Below, piece after piece: positions 13,006 through 23,339 of a stretch of DNA of 64,000 nt. Made by a program: the position numbers and the translations under genes. Origin of the DNA: an uncultured Gammaproteobacteria bacterium (GTDB lineage Bacteria; Pseudomonadota; Gammaproteobacteria; CAWCPV01); NCBI GenBank assembly GCA_963797555.1, contig CAWCPV010000004.1, positions 224,001 through 288,000 of the forward strand. The letters are read 5' to 3'. Below the pieces are notes generated by a model, which searched no databases, was not told where the DNA came from, and worked only from the letters and a program-made list of their open reading frames with translations. The first letter of the stretch is position 1, and each line of letters begins with the position of its first letter.

Positions 13006-14722
13006 TCAGCTCGATCTGCCGCTGCCTTTTCCCGAGCTGGCGCGCGACCTGCCGCTGATGCCCGCGCGCATGGTCAACGAGTACCAGTATTGCCCGCGGC
13101 TCGCCTACCTGGAGTGGGTGCAGGGCGAGTGGGCGGACTCGTCGGATACCGTCGAAGGCCGCTACACGCACCGCCGCGTGGACAAGCCGGGCGGCGAACT
13201 GCCGCCTCCCGAGGATGCTGGAGGCCGGCGACCGCGTCCACGCACGCTCCATCACGCTGTCATCCAACCGCCTCGGGCTCATCGCGCAAGATCGACCTGG
13301 TCGAGGGCGAGGGCGGATACGGTCATGCCGGTGGACTACAAGCGCGGCAAGCGCCCGCACGTCGCCGAGGGCGCCTACGATCCGGAGCGCGTGCAGCTCT
13401 GCGTGCAGGGCATGATCCTGGAGGAGCACGGCTAGCTGCGACGAGGGCGTGCTCTACTTCGTCGGAGTCCGCGAGCGCGTACGCGTGGTCTTCGACGAAG
13501 AGCTGCGCGCGCACGACACGCAACGCCGTCGACGGCCTGCGCCTCGATCGCGGCCGGCGGACAGACTGCCGCCGCCGCTCGACGACAGCCCCAAGTGCCC
13601 GCGCTGCTCGCTGGTCGGCATCTGCCTGCCGGACGAGGTGCAATTTCTGCGCAGCGCCGAGCCGAGGCCAGCCCGCGCCCGCTCGCGGTCGGCGCGCGAC
13701 GAGGCCCTGCCGCTGTATGTGCAGGCGAGCGGTGCGCGCGTCGCGCAAGAAGGGCGAGACGCTGGAAGTCGAGGTCAGACGACAAGCCCGTAGCGACAGT
13801 GCGCCTGATGGAAGTCTCGCAGGTGGTGCTCCATGGGCAACGTCTACGTCACCACGCCCACCCTGCACGAGCTGATGCACCGCGAGATCCCGGTGAACTG
13901 GCATTAGCTACGGCGGGTGGTTCCTGGGCCATACCGTCGAGCACCGGCCACAAGAACGTCGAGATACGCACCGCCCAGTACCGCGCGAGCTTCGACGAGA
14001 CGCAGTGCCTGCACCTCGCCGGGGCCTGGTGCATCGCCAAGATCCAGAACTGCCGCACGCTGCTGCGGCGCAACTGGCGAGACGAGGACAAGCCCGACGG
14101 CTGGTAGAGTCGCTCAAGCGGGACGCCGACGAGGCGACGCGGGCCAAGAGCCTCCCGCAACTCCTCGGCATCGAGGGCGGCGCCGCGGCCCGCTACTTCG
14201 GGTCTTTCGGCGCAAGCTGATCAAGCGCGACGCCGACTCCGCAAGCTTCGCCTTCGACTTCACCCGGCGCAACCGCCGGCCGCCGACCGACCCGGTCAAC
14301 GCCATGCTCTCCTTCGCCTATGCCATCCTGGTGCGGACCTGGACCAACACGCTGTCGGCCGTAGGCTTCGACCCGTACCGTGGCTTCTACCACCAGCCCC
14401 GGTACGGTCGCCCCGCCCTCGCTCTAGACATGATGGAGCCGTTCCGGCCGCTGGTCGCGGACTCCGCCGTGCTACTCGGCCATCAACAACGGCGAAGTGC
14501 GCCCCACCGACTTCATCTCCGCCGGCCGGCAGCGTGGCGCTCGCGAGCGACGGTCGAAAGCGGTTCATCGCTACATTCGAGCGCCGCATGTCCCAGGAGG
14601 TCACGCACCCGCTATTCGGCTACAAAGTCAGTTACCGCCGGCTGTTGGAGCTGCAGGCGCGTCTGCTCGGGCGTTACCTTCTCGGGGACATCCCGGATTT
14701 CCCGAACTTCACCACGCGTTGA
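12998..14722 (+). pseudogene. cas4-cas1: Cas4-Cas1 fusion, multiply frameshifted as assembled
   Basis: Consecutive fragments across three frames. Cas4: NEYQYCPRL, KIDLVE, PVDYKRG, VQLCVQG, KCPRCSLVGICLPDE. Cas1: [66 protein letters not shown]. Confidence 0.92.
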
Positions 14723-14881
14723 GCAGCGCAGACCGATGCGAACCTCCAAAAGCCTGCAGATGGCGGGTCGTAAGAGCGAGCTTACTCGGGACCGTCTCGC
14801 CTCCATGAGGTTCCTCCCCCGAGCCCGGCCCGCTCTGACAAGGGGCCGTAAAGGTTTTTCCAGGCGGCCTGATGCCGAGGG

Positions 14882-15181
14882 ATGACTGAGGTGGACGAGC
14901 ACCTGTATGTCGTGACCTACGACATCCGCGACCCGAAACGCTGGCATAGCGTGTTCACGCTGATGAAAGGCTACGGTGAATGGCTGCAGCTTTCGGTGTT
15001 CCAATGCCGCCTCACCCGACGGCACCATGCGGAGCTGCTGGCTACCCTTGACGAGATCATCCACCACGCGGAGGATCACGTTCTAATGCTCGACCTCGGG
15101 CTTGCCCAGCATGTCGTCCCGCGCGTGGTCAGCCTGGGCAAGGCATTCGAGCCCGTACGTCATGAGCCGACTATCGTGTGA
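14882..15181 (+). CDS. cas2: CRISPR-associated endonuclease Cas2
   Basis: [13 protein letters not shown]...[12 protein letters not shown]. Confidence 0.95.
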   Translation: MTEVDEHLYVVTYDIRDPKRWHSVFTLMKGYGEWLQLSVFQCRLTRRHHAELLATLDEIIHHAEDHVLMLDLGLAQHVVPRVVSLGKAFEPVRHEPTIV

Positions 15182-15385
15182 CGCCCGCCGTGGGCTTGCG
15201 AGCGCTCCGATCATCTCCCGCAGTCCGGGGAGCGCTCGCAGCCTGGGAAGCTCTTTAACAACATGGACTTCGACATCTGGCGGTGGCCCGAATATGAGAT
15301 CTCGCACCCGTTCTTCAGCCGTCTCCTCCGAGCGCTCGCAGAGACGAGCGGAAGCTGTTCGGAGGTGCGGGCCGACAACACCGCG
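15182..15385 (+). promoter_or_regulatory. CRISPR leader with inverted/direct repeats and boxA
   Basis: TGCGAGCGCTCC (15197-15208) and GGAGCGCTCGCA (15229-15240) form an inverted repeat; a third copy GAGCGCTCGCA at 15330-15340; GCTCTTTAACA at 15250-15260. Confidence 0.8.
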
Positions 15386-18300
15386 GTTATCCGCGGCAAA
15401 TTGCCGCGGCCCCATTGAAGCGCGAGTAACGGCACCCCGGAACACCCGCAACACTCGTTATCCGCGGCAAATTGCCGCGGCCCCATTGAAGCTACGTCTC
15501 CTCAAATGCGGCGCGTATGCTCGGAGTTATCCGCGGCAAATTGCCGCGGCCCCATTGAAGCCTGGCTCAGTCAGACCGATCGACTGGCAGTCCGCGACGT
15601 TATCCGCGGCAAATTGCCGCGGCCCCATTGAAGCGGCTCAGGATCGCAGCTTGTACAACGCTCGCGGCTCTCGTTATCCGCGGCAAATTGCCGCGGCCCC
15701 ATTGAAGCAACGCCTGATGGTCGCGCATTGTGTCCCGCGCGCCCGCACGGTTATCCGCGGCAAATTGCCGCGGCCCCATTGAAGCCAGCTCCAATGTACT
15801 CGATGGGCACATCCTCAAACGGTTATCCGCGGCAAATTGCCGCGGCCCCATTGAAGCGCGCAGGCCAGCCAGCCGCCGATACGACCTGCCCTATGTTATC
15901 CGCGGCAAATTGCCGCGGCCCCATTGAAGCGGTTGTCGGCCAGGATTCGACGCCAGCTGATCCGTGGTTATCCGCGGCAAATTGCCGCGGCCCCATTGAA
16001 GCGAGTACCGCTGGACTGACGGAACCGACGACATACCGCGGTTATCCGCGGCAAATTGCCGCGGCCCCATTGAAGCCGGTCTACGGCAGGATCATCGACT
16101 GCGGCTACGTCTGGTTATCCGCGGCAAATTGCCGCGGCCCCATTGAAGCATGATCCGACCTACAGGTCCCCGAGCATCGGTCACAGTTATCCGCGGCAAA
16201 TTGCCGCGGCCCCATTGAAGCGCCAGGCGTGGCCTTCACCAGCTGCAAGTTTCACGCATGCGGTTATCCGCGGCAAATTGCCGCGGCCCCATTGAAGCCG
16301 GACGTCGGGCTCATTACTCCTCCGTCGCCTCGCTCGCTGTTATCCGCGGCAAATTGCCGCGGCCCCATTGAAGCAGCGAGCTCTGCAATAGCAATAAACG
16401 ATCCGCGGGCGATCGTTATCCGCGGCAAATTGCCGCGGCCCCATTGAAGCTGATCGAGAAGGTTCTGGGCTCGGTCCAGCCGTGTAGGTTATCCGCGGCA
16501 AATTGCCGCGGCCCCATTGAAGCGTCGATCCGTTATATGACCTCGATTCCTGGACCACTTGTTATCCGCGGCAAATTGCCGCGGCCCCATTGAAGCACCA
16601 GAGGTTGTACCCGCTCATTCGGTGGCGGTCCGCGTTATCCGCGGCAAATTGCCGCGGCCCCATTGAAGCCTGCAGATCCGCTACTGCACGTCAGAGCGGC
16701 ATGCGAGTCCCGTTATCCGCGGCAAATTGCCGCGGCCCCATTGAAGCCCGTTCCGAGCGATTTCTGACCAGGAACTGAGAACTCTCGTTATCCGCGGCAA
16801 ATTGCCGCGGCCCCATTGAAGCGCGACAATCTCGTGCGATACCGTCGCGCCTCGGCGCGGTTATCCGCGGCAAATTGCCGCGGCCCCATTGAAGCACCGC
16901 GAAACTGACGGCGTTCTAACGCTGAGCGCAGTTATCCGCGGCAAATTGCCGCGGCCCCATTGAAGCGCCACGACTCTGCTCGGATGGCCTCGAGCCCATG
17001 GATCAGGTTATCCGCGGCAAATTGCCGCGGCCCCATTGAAGCGCGACTGTAGTCTGTCCATGTTGGTGCGCCTGTCTCGTTATCCGCGGCAAATTGCCGC
17101 GGCCCCATTGAAGCTGCGCGCGCGGCTGAGAGGTCGGATGCGCGGCGCGATCCTGTTATCCGCGGCAAATTGCCGCGGCCCCATTGAAGCACTCACGAGC
17201 CGTCGATCCACAGCGACTGCCGAACACCGTTATCCGCGGCAAATTGCCGCGGCCCCATTGAAGCGGGGCCGCAGGCGGTCGGAGCGATGACCGCTGGCAG
17301 CACGTTATCCGCGGCAAATTGCCGCGGCCCCATTGAAGCGCGTCACCGCGCTGCAGACGCTAGGCCTGCGGACGCAGGTTATCCGCGGCAAATTGCCGCG
17401 GCCCCATTGAAGCCGGTCATCGCCAGTCCGGCGTAGTGATGCTCGGCAGCGTTATCCGCGGCAAATTGCCGCGGCCCCATTGAAGCGGCAGCAGCAATGC
17501 CAGCATGAGCGCGTCGGCTTCGCGCGTTATCCGCGGCAAATTGCCGCGGCCCCATTGAAGCCTGCGTGCAGCAGTCTTGTCAACTCCGATGTCCCGTCGG
17601 TTATCCGCGGCAAATTGCCGCGGCCCCATTGAAGCGGCAACTCGGCAGCACCGGCAGGTCGAGCGCGGCAGGCTGTTATCCGCGGCAAATTGCCGCGGCC
17701 CCATTGAAGCAGCAGCACGGAGTCATGACGTCAGCTCTTGACATTGCGTTATCCGCGGCAAATTGCCGCGGCCCCATTGAAGCGGCACGGCTGGAACGTC
17801 CATCGCCGTGCTTTACCGAATGTTATCCGCGGCAAATTGCCGCGGCCCCATTGAAGCACCGAGCCTCTACGGCTAGCGCCACTGCGCGAGTCCGGTTATC
17901 CGCGGCAAATTGCCGCGGCCCCATTGAAGCCAGTCACGGAAAGCGATCCCGATCGCTACGCGGCGCGTTATCCGCGGCAAATTGCCGCGGCCCCATTGAA
18001 GCGCATACTCCACTTCATGCGCCTTGCCCTGGCTCGGATGGTTATCCGCGGCAAATTGCCGCGGCCCCATTGAAGCACGCCAAGACCTGCGCCCCGCTGG
18101 CGGGCAGGGATTGATGTTATCCGCGGCAAATTGCCGCGGCCCCATTGAAGCTCGCTCCGCAGTCGCTCCGGGACTCCCCATGACAGCGGTTATCCGCGGC
18201 AAATTGCCGCGGCCCCATTGAAGCGTAGCGTCCCAGGTATGGCTGCGCGCGGGCGCTCTGTTATCCGCGGCAAATTGCCGCGGCCCCATTGAAGCCAAGG

Positions 18301-20693
18301 TTCAGGACCGCGGCGCGGGCGCCGAGAGTGAGGTTATCCGCGGCAAATTGCCGCGGCCCCATTGAAGCAAATGGGGCGGCTGGCCCGGTTGCTGGAGGAG
18401 ATCGCGTTATCCGCGGCAAATTGCCGCGGCCCCATTGAAGCTTACACCGGAAACTTGACCAAAGCATTGTCGCACTAGTTATCCGCGGCAAATTGCCGCG
18501 GCCCCATTGAAGCGGCGCGCGTGCGTTCCCTCTCCCGTGCTCAGGATCATGGTTATCCGCGGCAAATTGCCGCGGCCCCATTGAAGCCCCAGCTCCGCAT
18601 AGAGGTGCGCGTCCTTCTCCTCGTTATCCGCGGCAAATTGCCGCGGCCCCATTGAAGCATGGCCGCCCGGTGGCAGTGTTGGAGCTGGGATCCCCGGTTA
18701 TCCGCGGCAAATTGCCGCGGCCCCATTGAAGCACGGCGGAGTGTAGATCGGCCAGGAGCATTGCCCGCGTTATCCGCGGCAAATTGCCGCGGCCCCATTG
18801 AAGCGATGTGCGTCCGGCTCGATTGTGGTATGTACTTTTATTTGATGTTATCCGCGGCAAATTGCCGCGGCCCCATTGAAGCAACGCCATCCGGGGGCAA
18901 GCCGAACGGCAGCGGGCTGTTATCCGCGGCAAATTGCCGCGGCCCCATTGAAGCTCCGCAGCGCCGTGGATCCGCGCTTCGGCTCGGATGCTGGTTATCC
19001 GCGGCAAATTGCCGCGGCCCCATTGAAGCCTGGCGCAACGACCGTTCGGCCGCTGCAGCGGCCATCCATGTTATCCGCGGCAAATTGCCGCGGCCCCATT
19101 GAAGCTGGGTCACGGGTGGAAAATCAGAGATGTGGTACTCCGTTATCCGCGGCAAATTGCCGCGGCCCCATTGAAGCCGGTCGGACCAATCTCAACAGTG
19201 GCAATGCCGATGAAGTTATCCGCGGCAAATTGCCGCGGCCCCATTGAAGCGGGGCCAGCGAGATCGCCTCGTTCATAGACGATCCAGTTATCCGCGGCAA
19301 ATTGCCGCGGCCCCATTGAAGCAGATCGCGCGGCGGTAGTCGCGCGGGCGCGGGACGCGTTATCCGCGGCAAATTGCCGCGGCCCCATTGAAGCTCGACC
19401 TCTGCCCGACCCTGCGCCTGCGCGGCTGCGAGGTTATCCGCGGCAAATTGCCGCGGCCCCATTGAAGCTGATCCCAATCATAAGCATCGGCTCTCCCTAT
19501 CCGCTGTTATCCGCGGCAAATTGCCGCGGCCCCATTGAAGCTGGTAAACCGCGAGAGCCTCGGGCCCGTCTTCGTTGTTATCCGCGGCAAATTGCCGCGG
19601 CCCCATTGAAGCGTCAGCACGAGCGCCCTACCGGCGCGACCCTGCCAGGTTATCCGCGGCAAATTGCCGCGGCCCCATTGAAGCCTTAGTACGCTGATGG
19701 TGGCCTCCCAGTCATCATTGTTATCCGCGGCAAATTGCCGCGGCCCCATTGAAGCATGATCGGCGCGCATCGCCGCAGCCAGCCCCGTCGCGTTATCCGC
19801 GGCAAATTGCCGCGGCCCCATTGAAGCAAGCGCTCCCGGTCGACCTTCGGCAGGGCGTCCAGGTTATCCGCGGCAAATTGCCGCGGCCCCATTGAAGCAT
19901 CAGCGTCGTAGGCGAACACGGGGGAGAGGTAGCGGTGTTATCCGCGGCAAATTGCCGCGGCCCCATTGAAGCAAGCGCTCCCGGTCGACTTTCGGCAGGG
20001 CGTCCAGGTTATCCGCGGCAAATTGCCGCGGCCCCATTGAAGCTCCAGCAACCCCACAACGAAGGCCGGCCCTGCGGTGGTTATCCGCGGCAAATTGCCG
20101 CGGCCCCATTGAAGCAAACATACGGGTGGTGGCTTGTCGCTGCCACCGCGCCGTTATCCGCGGCAAATTGCCGCGGCCCCATTGAAGCGGCCACCGCCTG
20201 TCCCCTCGTCGCTCCACGACGACGTTATCCGCGGCAAATTGCCGCGGCCCCATTGAAGCACCCTTTTTCACCAGGGCGTCGATGTCCCTCGACCTCGTTA
20301 TCCGCGGCAAATTGCCGCGGCCCCATTGAAGCTAGCACGTCGCCTGGTCCATGACCTGCAACCCGCCGTGTTATCCGCGGCAAATTGCCGCGGCCCTGAA
20401 GCATGTACACGATGGGCACGTCTTCGAGCGTCGTGCCCGTTATCCGCGGTAAATTGCCGCGGCCCCATTGAAGCGGAGGTGTTACAGACGGCTATGAACG
20501 CATCATCTTTGTTATCCGCGGCAAATTGCCGCGGCCCCATTGAAGCCCGGCACCACTTCGACTTACCGATCTCCTCCGGGTCGGTTATCCGCGGCAAATT
20601 GCCGCGGCCCCATTGAAGCAGCGGGTAATGGGCATATTGATTGGCGACCGCATCCTTGTTATCCGCGGCAAATTGCCGCGGCCCCATTGAAGC
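15386..20693 (+). CRISPR. CRISPR array, about 73 repeats / 72 spacers (33-42 nt); repeat GTTATCCGCGGCAAATTGCCGCGGCCCCATTGAAGC
   Basis: 36-bp direct repeat counted by hand, with internal hairpin CCGCGGCAA-A-TTGCCGCGG. Variant repeats at 20370 (3-nt deletion) and 20439 (C>T) mark the trailer end. Confidence 0.99.
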
Positions 20694-21136
20694 ACGGCCT
20701 TGTGGTGCGCGCCTGTCGAGGTGGACCGCCGCGGGTCCTATTCCCTGCCTTCCAAGCTGGAACTTCTCAAGGGCGTGGGCAGTCCGTTGCTCACCGAGCG
20801 CCAGGGACCGAGCGGCGACCCGGTTCGGGGAGGCTGGAGCGCATCGAAGACCTTTGTTGGAGCCCGGGTGTGGCGACGGAAGGTGGCCGAATCTTTGCCT
20901 CCGAACGCAAGGCATAAACCCGTGTTATCTACGGGCAGCGGCCTCCCAGTGAAACTCTGTCGGTCGGCGCGCGGCGAAGCACCAAGGCTGAGGGAGACAT
21001 CGGACGCGAGCCCTGGTAGCATCCTGCGTGGACGATGGCCGCCAACGGGTGGTGCAGCGGCACTCGGTAGCTGTTTTGGGGCGGCCTGGCTGCGTCGAGG
21101 TTCCTTCCCACCGGCAAACAGGGTGTTCGAGGATCA

Positions 21137-21519
21137 TGGCACGAGCAAGTGAGCAAGACTCGCTGAGGGTCGTGGGAGCGGCCGTCAGGGCTACCGCGGC
21201 TGGTCGGCGCCGGGGCGTCCGAGCACTGCTGTGCGCCGCGCTGTTACCGGTTATCGCCGCCTGCGCGTTGGGCCGCCTCGCGGACCGGTCTTTCCAGGAA
21301 TGGCTGACCAACGCGGAGCCGTACTGCGCTCAACGCTACGGCGCTGCCACTTTCGAGACGGCGGGGGAGAGGAAGGAGTTCTTCAACGGCCTCTATAGGG
21401 CTTACTACGCGCCGGAATATCGCTTGATATTCGCGGACGGCATGGGAGTGCGTTATCCCAGCAACGACGTGTACATCCGCTGCCTCGTGGGCCGGCTTCC
21501 GAAACCCGGCTTCAGTTAG
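21137..21519 (+). CDS. Putative lipoprotein of unknown function (start uncertain)
   Basis: Arg-rich N-region, hydrophobic stretch and lipobox-like VIAA-C; two further Cys in the mature part. Confidence 0.5.
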
Positions 21520-21735
21520 CGTGAAAACAACGGCTTGCTGGGCGTGAAGGGGCCTGGCCGATGAAGGCCATGGCGGGGAGAGGGTGAAGGGTTCAGGCTG
21601 GGGCCGGCAGCAAGCCGCAGCGTCTCAGGGTCTTGATCCAGCGCGGAGCGTTGCGCTTCACGGACAGGGTTTCGTAGTCGATAGCCGAATCCCGACGCGC
21701 GGGGTCGTGTGTCCCCGACGCCAGCATCCGCTGGG
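21515..21735 (-). mobile_element. IS110-family transposase C-terminal remnant and right end
   Basis: MLASGTH...IDYETLSVKRNAPRWIKTLRRCGLLP* resembles the tail of one IS110 subgroup; followed by non-coding sequence ending TTTTCACGCTAAC. Confidence 0.6.
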
Positions 21736-21905
21736 CCGATACGTGGTTGGAGATCTCTACTGGAGGCGAAACTGGTGCTCCTGCCGGATGCTGAGCACGC
21801 CCCACAACGGGATGACAACCAGATTAGGCCGACATGGCGTTCAACCTGTGCCTGCGTTCCCCTGCCAGAGGGAAGGAGCGTCGCCGGTGGCCCGAGCCAG
21901 TTGGT

Positions 21906-23336
21906 TCAGCGGGACTCTTTGACGGCGAAGCCCCGGTCCGTGTAGCTGAGCCACATCGGCTTGTCGTTCAGCACGGTCTCTAGCAGGACGGTTCGGCCCC
22001 AGAGCTTGTGGATGTGCGCCAGGGTCTTGCTGGCGTACTCCATCTGCAGGTCGCGCCCGTCATGCTCGTGTCTGAGGTAGATCACGCGGTTGTGGCCATA
22101 GTCCGCGTCCAGAATCTTGATCACCGGGACGGAGCTCATGCCGACGTTGCGCAGCAGAGTGTCCTTCACCTTGCGCCAGCTCAGCTCGTCGGACACCTCG
22201 CTCACCACCAGATCGTTGCCCTTGGGCTGGAAAGTGAACATGTCCAGCTCCCGCATCAGCTCCTCGGTGAGGAACCGGCGTAGGAACGAGATGTCCCGAT
22301 CCACCTCCCGCACCTCGAAGATCTTGTCCCGGCCGCTCTTTTCGGGCTCGCCGTACTTCTCGATCTCTTCTGCCGAGGGCTCGTCGTGACGCCGGCGGAT
22401 GTAGTCCCAGACCTTTAGGCCGAGGTGATAGGGGTTGATGGCGCCCGGGCGCGGGCTCACCACTTGGTTGTGGTGCACCAGGAATTCCAGGTGGATCTCC
22501 TGGGGGAGATCCAGGCTGTTCATGATCTCCCGGTGCCAGTAGCTGGCCCAGCCCTCGTTCATGATCTTGGTCTCGATCTGCGGCAGGAAGTACTGTGCCT
22601 CCTCGTGCACGATGGTTAGCACGTCCTTCTCCCAGTCCGCGAGGTAGGGGTTGTAGTCGCGGACGAAGAGCAGCAGATCCTCCTCCGGCTCCAGCGGCAC
22701 CCGCTGCAGGTCGGGCTCGCGGGTCTCGGGGCGCCGATGGATGGCGTAGAAGGGGTCTGCGGGCGACCGTGCGGCGTCCAGAACGCGTTCCCGCTGCTCG
22801 TGAAGCGAGAGCTTGCGGATGGCCGGATTGCGCCGGCACTGCAACGAGAGGGCGTGGGCGGCATCCAGCGCTGCCTCGACCTTTTCCAGGCCCACGGAAG
22901 GCCTCTCGATATAGCTGCGCACGCGATCCGCGTGCGCCTTGAACGCGCTCAGCGTCCGGTTTGCCCGGGTGTGCGCGAAGGTGAAGTTATTTCTGAAGAA
23001 GTCGTTGTGCCCGTACACGTGCGCGATGGTCAGGATGTGCAGGCACAGGCTGTTGTCCCGCATCAGGTAGGCCAGGGACGGGTTGGAGTTGATCACCATC
23101 TCGTAGGGCAGGCCCGAGACGCCGTGGTCGTATAGGGTCTTCAGCTTCTCGTAGGCCTTGCCGTACGACCAGTGCGGGTAATGACTGGGCATGCCGGAGT
23201 ACGCCATCGCAGCCAGCATCTGCACGTGGTCGCAGACCTCGAACTCCTGCGGATAGCAGGACAGGCCGAATTCGTCGACCTTGTCCCGGACCCTGGCGTC
23301 CCAGTATTCCAGATCCTTGAGGGTGTAGCTCGGCAC
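21906..23336 (-). CDS. spoVR: SpoVR/YcgB family protein
   Basis: YPHWSYGK, YEMVINSNP, AHVYGHNDFFRNN, PQIETKIMNEGWASYWH, NPYHLG. Confidence 0.95.
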   Translation of the reverse strand: MPSYTLKDLEYWDARVRDKVDEFGLSCYPQEFEVCDHVQMLAAMAYSGMPSHYPHWSYGKAYEKLKTLYDHGVSGLPYEMVINSNPSLAYLMRDNSLCLHILTIAHVYGHNDFFRNNFTFAHTRANRTLSAFKAHADRVRSYIERPSVGLEKVEAALDAAHALSLQCRRNPAIRKLSLHEQRERVLDAARSPADPFYAIHRRPETREPDLQRVPLEPEEDLLLFVRDYNPYLADWEKDVLTIVHEEAQYFLPQIETKIMNEGWASYWHREIMNSLDLPQEIHLEFLVHHNQVVSPRPGAINPYHLGLKVWDYIRRRHDEPSAEEIEKYGEPEKSGRDKIFEVREVDRDISFLRRFLTEELMRELDMFTFQPKGNDLVVSEVSDELSWRKVKDTLLRNVGMSSVPVIKILDADYGHNRVIYLRHEHDGRDLQMEYASKTLAHIHKLWGRTVLLETVLNDKPMWLSYTDRGFAVKESR

Positions 23337-23339
23337 GGA

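Noticed and set aside
12998-14722. Programmed frameshifting or phase variation of cas4-cas1
   Set aside because: Too many shifts, and they are not at slippery or homopolymer sites.
19395-19432. Spacer with a 14-nt match (CGACCTCTGCCCGA) to prkA near 25960
   Set aside because: Too short; expected by chance in GC-rich DNA; the match does not extend.
20720-20765. Possible degenerate 74th repeat right after the last spacer-length segment
   Set aside because: Only a CGCCGCGG core is shared with the repeat; insufficient similarity.
15102-20952. Many ORFs with repeated LSAANCRGPIEA / YPRQIAAAPLK / MGPRQFAADN peptides
   Set aside because: Translations of the CRISPR repeat, not repeat proteins.
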